Part shown: positions 1 through 10,220 of the stretch, in pieces
Layout of the letters: each line of letters starts with the position of its first letter
Position numbering within the stretch: the stretch's first letter is position 1
Assembly: GCA_900617105.1 (NCBI GenBank)
Contig: UYFQ01000006.1
Coordinates: forward strand, 372,001-436,000
Length of the DNA stretch: 64,000 bases
Direction of reading: 5' to 3'
From: Hydrurus foetidus
Taxonomy: Eukaryota
The notes under the pieces: model-generated
Told to the model about the DNA's origin: nothing
Database searches by the model: none
What the model saw: the letters and a program-made list of their open reading frames with translations, nothing else
Translations under genes and position numbers: made by a program

Positions 1-6
1 TGGGAG

Positions 7-981
7 ATGTTTCGCACGACGCTCGAGCGCATAGATGTAAAGCCACGCAAAAGCGCAGCAGGACGTCCACCAACCTGCCGAATCGTGATGTTCAAGATGC
101 TGCTGCTCCAGCGCCTGCATCAACTCTCAGACGAGCGCTTGGAATACCAAGTGACGGACCGGCTGTCGTTCATGCGGTTTTTAGGGTTGGAGTTGGCTGG
201 ACTTGTACCTGACTCAAGAACCGTCTGGGCCTTTCGCGAAGCGCTCAAGAAGAGCGACCTGATGCAGCCCCTGCTGGACAAGCTGACCCAAGCGCTAGGG
301 GATATGGGCGTGGAACTCAAAAGTGGGCAAATCATAGATGCCAGCTTTATCCCCGTACCCATCCAGCGCAATGGGCGCGAAGAGAATGCCCAACTCAAAG
401 CAGGCAAGACCACCGAAGAGTGGATGGACAACGCAAACAAGCTACGGCACAAAGACGTAGATGCCCGCTGGACAAAGAAAAGCGGGCAAAGCCACTACGG
501 CTACAAGAACCACATCAACATCGACAAAGACACCAAGCTGATCACGGCGCATGCGTGTACAGATGCCAGCGTTCACGACAGCCAAGAGCTTGATACCGTG
601 CTGCGCACACCAGAAGAGGGTGGCAAAGACACGTGGGCAGACAGCGCCTACCGCTCAGAGGAGCAGGAAAAGGCGCTCCAGGCCAGCCAACACAGCAGCC
701 ACATCCATGAGCGGGCGTATCGCAACCATCCTCTGACGGAGGAACAAAAGGCCACCAACAAAACCAAGTCCAAAGTACGCGCTCGCGTTGAGCATGTCTT
801 TGGGCACATGGAAAACACAATGGGCGGCATGGGCCTGCGCACCATCGGACTCGCTCGCGCCAAAGTGGGCGTGGCGTTGATGAACCTCACCTACAACATC
901 AGCCGCATTGAGATACTCATGGGCAGTCCTATAAATTCCCAAATCCAGTCAACGCATAAACGATATAAATCGTTTATCTAA
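7..981 (+). pseudogene. IS5-family transposase, 5' part outside window, C-terminus replaced by IRL-derived sequence
   Basis: DDE motifs IIDAS / WADSAY / RVEHVF are present. Diverges from the intact copy after IEILM at the insertion point. Confidence 0.85.
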
Positions 982-2212
982 GAAGCCTCCTAATCACAAG
1001 CCATGATGCAAAGCAGTTTTTTTGACCTCGACAAGAGGTACGCGAAGTTGAGCGAGGCCGGAGATCCGCTGGAGCGGTTGAATGAGGCAATTGACTGGGA
1101 GATGTTTCGCACGACGCTCGAGCGCATAGATGTAAAGCCACGCAAAAGCGCAGCAGGACGTCCACCAACCTGCCGAATCGTGATGTTCAAGATGCTGCTG
1201 CTCCAGCGCCTGCATCAACTCTCAGACGAGCGCTTGGAATACCAAGTGACGGACCGGCTGTCGTTCATGCGGTTTTTAGGGTTGGAGTTGGCTGGACTTG
1301 TACCTGACTCAAGAACCGTCTGGGCCTTTCGCGAAGCGCTCAAGAAGAGCGACCTGATGCAGCCCCTGCTGGACAAGCTGACCCAAGCGCTAGGGGATAT
1401 GGGCGTGGAACTCAAAAGTGGGCAAATCATAGATGCCAGCTTTATCCCCGTACCCATCCAGCGCAATGGGCGCGAAGAGAATGCCCAACTCAAAGCAGGC
1501 AAGACCCCCGAAGAGTGGATGGACAACGCAAACAAGCTACGGCACAAAGACGTAGATGCCCGCTGGACAAAGAAAAGCGGGCAAAGCCACTACGGCTACA
1601 AGAACCACATCAACATCGACAAAGACACCAAGCTGATCACGGCGCATGCGTGTACAGATGCCAGCGTTCACGACAGCCAAGAGCTTGATACCGTGCTGCG
1701 CACACCAGAAGAGGGTGGCAAAGACACGTGGGCAGACAGCGCCTACCGCTCAGAGGAGCAGGAAAAGGCGCTCCAGGCCAGCCAACACAGCAGCCACATC
1801 CATGAGCGGGCGTATCGCAACCATCCTCTGACGGAGGAACAAAAGGCCACCAACAAAACCAAGTCCAAAGTACGCGCTCGCGTTGAGCATGTCTTTGGGC
1901 ACATGGAAAACACAATGGGCGGCATGGGCCTGCGCACCATCGGACTCGCTCGCGCCAAAGTGGGCGTGGCGTTGATGAACCTCACCTACAACATCAGCCG
2001 CATTGAGATACTCATGCGCAACAAGGTTTTTAGCTTCTCTCGCCTGCTCACGCCCAAAATGGGCCAAGTGGCCTGAAATGGGGGCAAAACCCCCCTTGAA
2101 GCGCCTCGAAATCACCAAAAATGCGAAAAAACACAAAACAAATTCGCATTGTGAAATGTTTAGCGTCCCAGGCAAGGCTTGGGGTGGTTAACGTCGATTT
2201 ATAGAACTGCCC
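921..2212 (+). mobile_element. IS5-family insertion sequence (inner, complete, 1292 bp)
   Basis: IRL GGGCAGTCCTATAAAT and IRR ATTTATAGAACTGCCC (15/16 match). TCAT is duplicated at 917-920 and 2213-2216. Confidence 0.92.
1003..2076 (+). CDS. IS5-family DDE transposase
   Basis: GRPP...LSDERLE...DRLSFMRFLGL N-terminal domain, DDE motifs and HYGYKNHI. Confidence 0.92.
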   Translation: MMQSSFFDLDKRYAKLSEAGDPLERLNEAIDWEMFRTTLERIDVKPRKSAAGRPPTCRIVMFKMLLLQRLHQLSDERLEYQVTDRLSFMRFLGLELAGLVPDSRTVWAFREALKKSDLMQPLLDKLTQALGDMGVELKSGQIIDASFIPVPIQRNGREENAQLKAGKTPEEWMDNANKLRHKDVDARWTKKSGQSHYGYKNHINIDKDTKLITAHACTDASVHDSQELDTVLRTPEEGGKDTWADSAYRSEEQEKALQASQHSSHIHERAYRNHPLTEEQKATNKTKSKVRARVEHVFGHMENTMGGMGLRTIGLARAKVGVALMNLTYNISRIEILMRNKVFSFSRLLTPKMGQVA

Positions 2213-2487
2213 TCATGCGCAACAAGGTTTTTAGCTTCTCTCGCCTGCTCACGCCCAAAATGGGCCAAGTGGCCTGAAATGGGGGCAAAACCCCCCTTGA
2301 AGCGCCTCGAAATCACCAAAAATGCGAAAAAACACAAAACAAATTCGCATTGTGAAATGTTTAGCGTCCCAGGCAAGGCTTGGGGTGGTTAACGTCGATT
2401 TATAGAACTGCCCTTTATGAACTGACACCAGTAGCGACATACCTTTAACCATCAGGGAAGGCATCCCAGATATGAAAGAATGGCCTC

Positions 2488-3435
2488 ATGGACCAACTTC
2501 GTTCCCTTCGGGTTTTCGCACAAGTCATCGCGAAAGGTAGTTTTGCGGAGACGGCAAGAGCACTTGACCTCGCTCCTTCGGTAGTAACAAGAGCCGTATC
2601 AGACCTGGAGGCCCACCTGGGTGTCAGGCTTTTAAATCGCACGACCCGAAGCATTGCCCTGACGGAGATTGGTGAAGATTACCTTGTACGTGCCAAGCGG
2701 ATCTTGGAGGAGCTTGACGATGCAACGGCCCTAGCACGTTCAGCCAACAGCGAGCCCAGTGGAAACTTGCGCATCCTTTGCCCGCCAGCCTTTGCCATAC
2801 ATCAGCTGGTCAAACATCTGACCGACTTTCACCATCGCTTCCCCGGCATTCAACTGGAACTCTCAGCGTCAGGCCCGGTTGTTTCGGCAGATGAAAACTT
2901 TGATGTTTCAATCTTGTCCATCGGACAACAACCTTTGCAAGGCGATTTTGTCATTCGGCAGCTGGCATCATCATCGTTTGTCATTTGCGCAGCACCGACC
3001 TACTTACAACGCTTCGGACGCCCTCAAAACCCAACCGATTTGCTTTCGCACGAAGGATTGCTTCCTCAGGTGGCTGCAGTTAAGCACGAGTTGACGTTGA
3101 TCCACACCGGGGCAGGCACGTCCGAGCCTGAACACCAAACCCTCAACTTAAAGTTACGTCCACCGTTACTTTCAACCAGCCAATTGGAGATACTTTATGC
3201 GGCGGCATTGGCCGGCATGGGCGTTACAGGCTTACCTACTTTTATGGTTGTTGATGCCTTGCGGGATGGTCGCCTTGAGCGTGTACTCCCTGAATGGCGA
3301 GGCGGCACATTACAGCTCTACACAGCCATTCCGACCCGCAAGCATGTTCCTGTTCGAACGCGTGTTTTTTTAGATTTTTTGATTGAAATTTTTGGAGGAA
3401 AAAAAGAAGACCCTTGGCTGGCAACCTTGGGTTAG
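2488..3435 (+). CDS. LysR-type transcriptional regulator
   Basis: N-terminal HTH GSFAETARALDLAPSVVTRAVSDLEAHLGVRLLNRTTR plus substrate-binding domain. Confidence 0.92.
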   Translation: MDQLRSLRVFAQVIAKGSFAETARALDLAPSVVTRAVSDLEAHLGVRLLNRTTRSIALTEIGEDYLVRAKRILEELDDATALARSANSEPSGNLRILCPPAFAIHQLVKHLTDFHHRFPGIQLELSASGPVVSADENFDVSILSIGQQPLQGDFVIRQLASSSFVICAAPTYLQRFGRPQNPTDLLSHEGLLPQVAAVKHELTLIHTGAGTSEPEHQTLNLKLRPPLLSTSQLEILYAAALAGMGVTGLPTFMVVDALRDGRLERVLPEWRGGTLQLYTAIPTRKHVPVRTRVFLDFLIEIFGGKKEDPWLATLG

Positions 3436-3449
3436 GGCCTCAGTGGCGC

Positions 3450-3917
3450 TCAACCCACACCGCGAGCGGCTAAGTTTGCACAAAACGCCATCGCAAAAAT
3501 ACACGCCAACTGCAAATAACAAACGGTACACATGCGGGTCAACTTTTGAGCGCTCACCTCGGGCAGTAGCCCTTGCTTGAGCGGCTCTCGCCACCGAAAA
3601 ACCTCAAGCGTTGGCACCAAGGAAAGAACACTTGCCAAGCCATAAAGTGCAAGCTTTGCAATGAACGGCCCGTTAGAAAAGTAATATGCAGCACCCTTTT
3701 CAAGGTAGAAAACCCGTACCAGCCCAACGAGCAGTACAAAGGTTGCAGCTATTCCATTGATCATGTCTGACTTTTGCAGCAGGCGAGCGCTTGATATATC
3801 AAACGGTTTTCGCAACTGCCATACAGACATCAACGTACCACCTAAAAGAACCAGCACGGCCAAATGATGAAAAGCTGCAAAAAGTGTTGCCATGATCTTG
3901 ATCACTCCCATTTTCAA
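3450..3917 (-). CDS. DUF2214-like small membrane protein
   Basis: Four hydrophobic segments; GLVRVFYLEKGAAYY and LSLVPT motifs typical of this family. Confidence 0.65.
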   Translation of the reverse strand: MKMGVIKIMATLFAAFHHLAVLVLLGGTLMSVWQLRKPFDISSARLLQKSDMINGIAATFVLLVGLVRVFYLEKGAAYYFSNGPFIAKLALYGLASVLSLVPTLEVFRWREPLKQGLLPEVSAQKLTRMCTVCYLQLACIFAMAFCANLAARGVG

Positions 3918-4718
3918 TCAACGGTAAACCGAAGAAATTGATGTGTACTCAACGCGTGCGTCCAAGTCTTTGAGCTTACCGGAAAGACTCTCCATCGGGG
4001 GTACCCGGCCTTCATAGCGAACCGCCGTTTTGGTTGCTGCATCAAAAACAACGTTTAAAGGCGCAACGGCCATGCGAATCAGAAAACTGCGGGGCGTAAC
4101 TGTAAATTGCGCTTGCCCGTTTATCTGCTTGTCAAACCTGATCTCAAAGCCATAAGTTGTCTTATCTTTAAGGGCAATCATGCGCACGGGGATCACTGTG
4201 CCGGCCCTTAACACATCCCAGTTCTTCAAGATGAAGCCAAACATAGAGGGCCCACTGACCACGGCATCAGCGACATCCTCCGAAGCCTTGCTGACGGTAC
4301 CGTTACTGTTGAGTTCGTACTCAAGGTGGTGTCCATCTTTGCTAACGTGGACAGATCCAGTGAACCCAGATTGCTGGTTCACAACATCAAACCGCTTCAC
4401 TTCGTAGTTGGGCGAAACGACGGCTGACTCAGCAATGATCAGACGCCCGGTCATGTCACTGGTGAGATGGAATGCAGTGAGTTCATTGGATGCGCCCAAC
4501 ACGCGCCTGTCGTAACGAAAAAGTGGCGCTCCCGAAGGCGTGTTCTGGGCGAATGTATCGCCTCGGTATATCAGGGCCCCCGCAGACTCAGGAGACAAGC
4601 GCAGCGCTTCAAACTTTGCGGGGGTCAATGGGCCAAGTTGCGCATGCGAAGGGGTCGCGAACAGCAGCAGCGAACACCCAACCTGGATGATCAACGTGCG
4701 AAGAATGGCAAATACCAT
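3918..4718 (-). CDS. Hypothetical exported protein
   Basis: Long ORF (track 3918..4814). The start at 4718 gives a signal-peptide-like N-terminus ending SHA-Q, followed by a beta-strand-rich sequence. Confidence 0.6.
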   Translation of the reverse strand: MVFAILRTLIIQVGCSLLLFATPSHAQLGPLTPAKFEALRLSPESAGALIYRGDTFAQNTPSGAPLFRYDRRVLGASNELTAFHLTSDMTGRLIIAESAVVSPNYEVKRFDVVNQQSGFTGSVHVSKDGHHLEYELNSNGTVSKASEDVADAVVSGPSMFGFILKNWDVLRAGTVIPVRMIALKDKTTYGFEIRFDKQINGQAQFTVTPRSFLIRMAVAPLNVVFDAATKTAVRYEGRVPPMESLSGKLKDLDARVEYTSISSVYR

Positions 4719-4945
4719 TTCACCTTTGTCTTTGTAAATTTTTGAATAACGAACTTTTTTTCCAAAATACAGATACATATTCAGCTTGGCCTTCATTCCT
4801 GGGTGGACAAACAATTTGAACCACTGGAGTGACTGTATGCAAGATACAAAGAAGGAAACAGAGGCCAGCGACGAAGTAACTGTTGCTAAAAATAGAATAA
4901 TCTCTCTTCGCTGACATCCGTAAAACCGCTTTGAATCATGTCCAT

Positions 4946-5452
4946 ATGAACCCTGAACCGGCCCTCACACCGCCCGCCCCCCGTTGGAAGCCCAGCGCCA
5001 CCGTGGCCGCCATCATCGAACGCGATGGCCGCTACCTGCTGGTCGAAGAGCACACCCCCGAAGGCCTGAAACTGAACAACCCCGCCGGCCACCTCGACCC
5101 CGGCGAATCCCCTGCCGACGGCTGCGCCCGCGAAGCCTTGGAGGAAACCACTTTGCGCTTCACACCCACCGCCCTGGTAGGCATCTACCTGTCACGCTTC
5201 CAGCGCCCAGGTGAAGACGTGACCTACCTGCGCTTTGCCTTCTGCGGCGAATTGGGCGAACAGGTCAGCGGTGCCACCCTGGACACAGGCATCGTGCGCA
5301 CCCTGTGGATGACCCCAGACGAGATCCGCGCCAGTACAGAGCGCCACCGAAGCCCCCTGCTGCTGCGGTGCATGGAAGACCATTTGCGGGGTCAGCGGTT
5401 TGATTTGGCGGCGGTGTTCACGGATGCGTCGGTGGTGAATCATCTACCGTGA
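4946..5452 (+). CDS. NUDIX hydrolase (NudJ-like)
   Basis: Nudix box AGHLDPGESPADGCAREALEET; WKPSATVAAII start; lies near mnmA. Confidence 0.88.
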   Translation: MNPEPALTPPAPRWKPSATVAAIIERDGRYLLVEEHTPEGLKLNNPAGHLDPGESPADGCAREALEETTLRFTPTALVGIYLSRFQRPGEDVTYLRFAFCGELGEQVSGATLDTGIVRTLWMTPDEIRASTERHRSPLLLRCMEDHLRGQRFDLAAVFTDASVVNHLP

Positions 5453-5496
5453 TTTTGAAGGTCAAATATCCATTAAAACGGCATTTTCTTAACCTC

Positions 5497-5550
5497 AAAA
5501 CAGGATTCAGTGCATATAAATACTACGTATGAAGCTATGAATTAAATAGC
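5497..5550 (+). repeat. Dispersed 54-bp bipartite motif, intergenic copy
   Basis: AAAACAGGATTCAGT GC ATATAAATACT AC GTATGAA GCTAT GAATTAA ATAGC. Confidence 0.75.
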
Positions 5551-5595
5551 ACTCACTCAAAGGTGCCTTCTGCGCAGCGCCATGCAGCACCACCC

Positions 5596-7263
5596 TCACT
5601 TGCACTTCCCCGTCATAGCCCGGTACGCCATCACAGGCGCGGCGAGCAGGCCGCCGCCTGAGCCGTCTTTGTCGGGCTTCACGCAGTCGGGGTTTTCGGC
5701 GCTGTTGACGGCTTCGGCTACGGGGTCTTTGGACTCACCACGGCGGAGTTGGGCGTTGGCCATTTCGGACACGCTCAAGGGTCGTCCCATCGGTGGGCCT
5801 TTGTAGACCTCCACGCGGGGCAGGCTGAGGTTCAGCGCTTTGGCTTTGGCGCTGTTGGGGGCCGTGGCGGTGGGCAGGGCGGGCGGGGCGGGGTCTGGGG
5901 CGGCGACACCCAGGCCGAACATGCTGCCGCTTTTGCCGCCTGCACCGTCTGGGCCGGTACGTCCGCCGCTTGCGCCTGTCTGATCGGTTTTGTTGGCTGC
6001 GTTGCCGCTGCTGCCAGGGCCAGCCACGGCGTTCACGGGGGAAGCGGACGGGTTCGGCTCGGCGATGCGGTAGCGCGGCACTTCCACCACCATCGGGTTG
6101 CGGACAGTGGCGGCGGGGGCTTCGGTGACGGCGGTGGCCCCGGCGCTGGGGGACGCTACGGGGGCGATAGGAGAGGCTGGGGCAGCTGGGGCTACCGGCG
6201 CTGGCGCAGGGGGCGGCACGACGATCACGTTCGCGGCAACGGGGGGGCTGGGCTGGGCTGGGCTGGGCAAGGTGACGGAGGGGGTGAGCGCCAACGGCGG
6301 TGCTGGGGGCAACTCGGGTGGCGCAACGGGCGGCACGGCTTTGGGAGGTGGAGGAGGTGGCGGCGGTACCGTGGCCGCAACACGGGGTGGTGGTGGGGCC
6401 GCACGCACAGGCTCAGGGGCGGGTTTGACTACAGCCGTGGGTGGCTCAGGTAAAGCGACTGGAGCACTGACAGGAGCTGCGGCAGGCGCTATGGTTTTAA
6501 GCTGTGGCGGGGTAGGAGGAATCAGCACCAACGCGGGCGGTGGCGTGGGGGTGTTCGACCACAGCGAGGGAATATCGCGCGGGCCGCTGCGTACCGGGTC
6601 AGGAATGGCGGGGATGTTCGCAGTAGGGCGTGGCTCAGGGGGTGCGGGGGCGGGCATGGGCACCGTCACCAGCGCGGGCTGCTGCTGGGGTGGCGGGGGA
6701 ATCAGTTGCACCACGTCAGACTCGGGCGGCGGGATGCTCAAGACGGGCTCATCGTGGCGGGACTTGCTCTTGGCTGCGTGCTTGCGTTCGGTACGGTGGG
6801 CCGATGCAGCGGCCGTAGCTTTGGGGCGTTCGGAGGGATGCTGGGGTTCTTTGCCTCCACGGCCTGTGCGTTCTTGGCGATCGGCTTTGGCATCGCTGCT
6901 GTTGCCACGCAATTCGGGCAGCAACTCGGTGTTCAGCCAGGGCACGCTGCGCTGCACGCGCAGGGCACCGAACGAGATTTCACGGCTGGGTTTGAGGTCT
7001 AAATCGCCATCCAAGCGGTTGCGTGGGGCCGCTTTGGCGTTGTCAGACTTGCCGTTTTTGCTGTTCGTCTGCGACAGCACGATGCTGGCCATGATAGGCG
7101 GCATGAAGGTGACAGTGGTCTCGGACACCACGATCCAGCGGTTTTGGATCAGCACCCAAATCAGCAGCACATGGCCCAGCAGCACAAAGAGCAACACCGT
7201 CAGGGTGCGGCGGTGGGGGGAGTTGGCGCAGCGGCGAAAGAAAGAAGCGAGTACCGGGTTCAT
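5596..7263 (-). CDS. Membrane-anchored Pro/Ala-rich protein (TonB/TolA-like linker) with two-Cys C-terminal domain
   Basis: N-terminal TM segment LTVLLFVLLGHVLLIWVLI, about 250 aa of Pro-rich linker, C-terminus NPDCVK...GGGLLAAPVMAYRAMTGKCK. Confidence 0.65.
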   Translation of the reverse strand: MNPVLASFFRRCANSPHRRTLTVLLFVLLGHVLLIWVLIQNRWIVVSETTVTFMPPIMASIVLSQTNSKNGKSDNAKAAPRNRLDGDLDLKPSREISFGALRVQRSVPWLNTELLPELRGNSSDAKADRQERTGRGGKEPQHPSERPKATAAASAHRTERKHAAKSKSRHDEPVLSIPPPESDVVQLIPPPPQQQPALVTVPMPAPAPPEPRPTANIPAIPDPVRSGPRDIPSLWSNTPTPPPALVLIPPTPPQLKTIAPAAAPVSAPVALPEPPTAVVKPAPEPVRAAPPPPRVAATVPPPPPPPPKAVPPVAPPELPPAPPLALTPSVTLPSPAQPSPPVAANVIVVPPPAPAPVAPAAPASPIAPVASPSAGATAVTEAPAATVRNPMVVEVPRYRIAEPNPSASPVNAVAGPGSSGNAANKTDQTGASGGRTGPDGAGGKSGSMFGLGVAAPDPAPPALPTATAPNSAKAKALNLSLPRVEVYKGPPMGRPLSVSEMANAQLRRGESKDPVAEAVNSAENPDCVKPDKDGSGGGLLAAPVMAYRAMTGKCK

Positions 7264-7329
7264 CCTAGAGACGTATGAAAGGCAGGGGCAGATGTTGGCA
7301 GAGATGGGGGACTTGCGATAATCGCACAC

Positions 7330-8481
7330 ATGACAGCGAAACAACGTGTAGTGGTGGGTTTAAGCGGTGGTGTGGATTCTGCGGTGAGCGCGTACCTGCT
7401 CCAACAGCAGGGCTACGAGGTGATTGGCATCTTCATGAAGAACTGGGAGGACGACGATGATTCTGAATTTTGTTCGTCCAACATCGACTTCGTGGACGCA
7501 GCCGCCGTGGCCGACGTGCTGGGCATTGAGATTGAACACGTCAACTTCGCCGCCGAGTACAAAGACCGCGTGTTCGCCGAGTTTTTGCGCGAATACCAGG
7601 CTGGCCGCACGCCGAACCCAGATGTGCTGTGCAACGCCGAAATCAAGTTCAAAGCTTTTTTAGACCACGCCATGCGGCTGGGCGCGCAGAAGATCGCCAC
7701 AGGCCATTACGCGAGGGTTCGGGAGGTGGGACATGCTACATCAGCTATCAAATTTGAACTGCTCAAAGGTCTGGACGAAAGCAAAGACCAAAGCTACTTC
7801 CTGCACCGCCTGAACCAGGCGCAGTTGAGCCGCACGCTGTTCCCGGTGGGCGAGTTGCACAAAACCGATGTGCGGCGCATCGCGCAAGAGATTGGTCTGC
7901 CGAACGCCAAAAAGAAGGATTCCACCGGCATCTGCTTCATCGGTGAGCGCCCGTTCCGCGAGTTTTTAAACCGCTATATCGCCAAAGCCCCCGGCCCGAT
8001 CAAAGACGACAAGGGCCGCACCCTGGGCCAGCACCAAGGCTTGAGCTTCTACACCCTGGGCCAACGCCAAGGCTTGGGCATAGGCGGCGTGAAAGCCAAA
8101 GGTGCCGCCCTGAAAGCCCTCAACGCCCAAGGCTTTCGCGGCGCAGGCGAGCACGAACCGTGGTTTGTGGCCCGCAAAGACGTAGAGAAAAACACCTTGT
8201 GGGTGGTGCAAGGCCACGACCACCCCTGGCTGCAATACGGCACGCTGAGGGCGAACAACGTGAGCTGGGTGTCGGGCGAGCCACCTGCTACCGGCCGCTT
8301 GGCCGCGAAGACGCGCTACCGGCAGGTGGATGCGGCTTGCGTGCTGGCGGGCGCTGATGAGGGTGCGTTCACGCTGGATTTCGACACGCCGCAATGGGCG
8401 GTGACACCGGGGCAGAGTGCCGTGGTGTACGACGGGGAGGTTTGCTTGGGGGGCGGGGTGATTGCGGGGGCTATGGGTTAA
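7330..8481 (+). CDS. mnmA: tRNA-specific 2-thiouridylase
   Basis: SGGVDS PP-loop, [36 protein letters not shown]. Confidence 0.97.
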   Translation: MTAKQRVVVGLSGGVDSAVSAYLLQQQGYEVIGIFMKNWEDDDDSEFCSSNIDFVDAAAVADVLGIEIEHVNFAAEYKDRVFAEFLREYQAGRTPNPDVLCNAEIKFKAFLDHAMRLGAQKIATGHYARVREVGHATSAIKFELLKGLDESKDQSYFLHRLNQAQLSRTLFPVGELHKTDVRRIAQEIGLPNAKKKDSTGICFIGERPFREFLNRYIAKAPGPIKDDKGRTLGQHQGLSFYTLGQRQGLGIGGVKAKGAALKALNAQGFRGAGEHEPWFVARKDVEKNTLWVVQGHDHPWLQYGTLRANNVSWVSGEPPATGRLAAKTRYRQVDAACVLAGADEGAFTLDFDTPQWAVTPGQSAVVYDGEVCLGGGVIAGAMG

Positions 8482-8558
8482 AGGCCGCATACCGGCACAG
8501 GCTCAGAACGAACAATCACAGGGCACAGCATCACAAGGCAGGCTGTCGCAAGACAAAC

Positions 8559-9890
8559 GAGGGTGTCCCGGATTTTGTGTAAACGGCGATTAAGTTAGAC
8601 GCGCGGCATACGCTCGTCAAACTGAATGGTAAATCGATTCAGGGCGGCCTTCCAATCCCGAATCGGCATCGTCCATTTCTGACTGATGTTGTTCAGTGCC
8701 AGATAGAACAATTTGAATACCGCGTCATCGGTTGGAAATGACCCGCGGGTCTTCGTGATTTTGCGTAGGCTCATATTCACCGATTCAATGGCATTGGTCG
8801 TGTAAATCACTTTGCGGATGTCTGGCGGGTAGTCAAAGAATGGCGTCAGGCGTGCCCAGTTGCGCCGCCAGGACTGACCAATCGGGGCGAATGATGCATC
8901 CCATTTGCCCTCAAATTCCGTCAGCCGCAGCAGGGCCTCGTCCTCAGTGGCGGCGCTGTAGATCATGCGCAAATCGGCGGCCACTTCCTTGCGCTGTTTC
9001 CAGCCCACGAAGTTCAGGCTGTGGCGCACCATGTGAACCAAACAGAGCTGCACAGCAGTCTTGGGGAACACGGCCTCAATCGCATCCGGCAAGCCCTTGA
9101 GGCCATCGACACAGGCAATGAAGATGTCGGCCACACCACGGTTCTTCAACTCGGTCACCACTTGCAGCCAGAACTTGGCACCTTCCGTCTGGGCCATCCA
9201 CAGGCCCAGCACCTCCTTGAGGCCGTCTAGGTTGACACCAATGGCCAGGTACAGGGCCTTGACCCGTACTGCGCCGTTGTCGCGCACCTTGACGTGAATG
9301 CAGTCCATGTAAACGATGGGGTACAGCGCGTCCAATGGACGAGCCTGCCAGGTTTTGACCTCATCCATGACGGCATCGGTCACCGAGGAGATTAGGGTGG
9401 GTGAAACTTCAGCGCCATACATTTCCTGCAGGTGGCTTTGAATTTCGCGCACTGTCATGCCCCGGGCGTAGAGCGACAGTATCTTGTCGTCAAAGCCGCT
9501 CCAGCGGGTCTGGTGCTTGGTGATGATTTGGGGTTCGAACGTGCCCGCCCGGTCACGGGGGATTTCAATGGGCAGTTCACCAAAGTCGCCCTTGAGGGTC
9601 TTCTTGCTGCGTCCGTTGCGGGTGTTGCCTGCCTCGTTGGCCACCAATTGGTTCTTGCTGTGACCCAGGTGCTCTGTCAGCTCGGCCTGCAGTGCGCGTT
9701 CTACCAGGGCCTTGGTGAGTTGCTTGAGGATGCCGTTCTGGCCAATCAAATCTTCAGGCTTTTTGTAGTCTGCCAGCAGTGCGTCTATCAGTTCGGCGGG
9801 TAAGGGTTTCTGTTCTACGGTCATCATTGCTCCATGCAAGACGGCAGTTTCCTGCCAAAAGACCGTTTACACAAAACTTCTTACACCCTC
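8559..9890 (-). mobile_element. IS256-family insertion sequence (1332 bp)
   Basis: Imperfect terminal IRs GAGGGTGTCCCGGATTTTGTGTAAACGG / CCGTTTACACAAAACTTCTTACACCCTC. 8-bp TSD AGACAAAC at 8551-8558 and 9891-9898. Confidence 0.93.
8595..9827 (-). CDS. IS256-family (mutator) transposase
   Basis: PRDRAGTFEP, YPIVYMD, ACVDGLKG, QLCLVH, YTTNAIES motifs. Confidence 0.95.
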   Translation of the reverse strand: MMTVEQKPLPAELIDALLADYKKPEDLIGQNGILKQLTKALVERALQAELTEHLGHSKNQLVANEAGNTRNGRSKKTLKGDFGELPIEIPRDRAGTFEPQIITKHQTRWSGFDDKILSLYARGMTVREIQSHLQEMYGAEVSPTLISSVTDAVMDEVKTWQARPLDALYPIVYMDCIHVKVRDNGAVRVKALYLAIGVNLDGLKEVLGLWMAQTEGAKFWLQVVTELKNRGVADIFIACVDGLKGLPDAIEAVFPKTAVQLCLVHMVRHSLNFVGWKQRKEVAADLRMIYSAATEDEALLRLTEFEGKWDASFAPIGQSWRRNWARLTPFFDYPPDIRKVIYTTNAIESVNMSLRKITKTRGSFPTDDAVFKLFYLALNNISQKWTMPIRDWKAALNRFTIQFDERMPRV

Positions 9891-10220
9891 AGACAAACCA
9901 CCGCAATCAACGGCACCCGAAGGGTCGCAATCACAGCGCTGCCACCACTTTTGCTCTTTTCGCGGTGTAGCCTCCTTCTTCTGCAAGGTCTCGAAAGCCA
10001 GCCGACAGCGCTCAAATTGCCTTGGCATCGCTTGCTGCAGGGCAATGGCACCCAGTTTGTCAACGATGGCGCGTGCGTAGGCAGAGCAAGAGCGTCTGCC
10101 TGTCTGTACGCGGTACGCACAGCAAAACCCTTTGTAGGGCGAAAGGTAGCGCTGGTAGCCGCCAATCGAGGCGGAGATGAGCAAGTCAATCAGCATGGGG
10201 TCTCCTCAAGTCGTGCCACA

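Larger units (their letters stand above)
1..2413 (+). mobile_element. IS5-family element (outer copy; left end outside window), interrupted at 920/2213 by a second copy
   Basis: 1-920 matches the inner copy except A412 vs C1507. The element resumes at 2217 and ends with IRR ATTTATAGAACTGCCC at 2413. Confidence 0.9.
8503..10196 (-). pseudogene. YidD-like (membrane insertion efficiency factor domain) gene with Cys-Asp-rich tail, split by IS256
   Basis: YQRYLSPYKGFCCAYR...SCSAY motif. Removing the IS and one TSD restores ...DCGGLSCDSLPCDAVPCDCSF-stop (TGA at 8503-8505). GAGGAG RBS precedes the ATG at 10196. Confidence 0.8.

Noticed and set aside
2013..2413. Apparent 200-bp direct repeat or MITE
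   Set aside because: Explained as the right ends of the inner and outer IS5 copies.
6098..7321. 407-aa Gly/Ala-rich ORF on the + strand
   Set aside because: Antisense shadow of the Pro-rich gene (CCN codons read as Gly). The minus-strand ORF has the coherent TM anchor and terminal domain.
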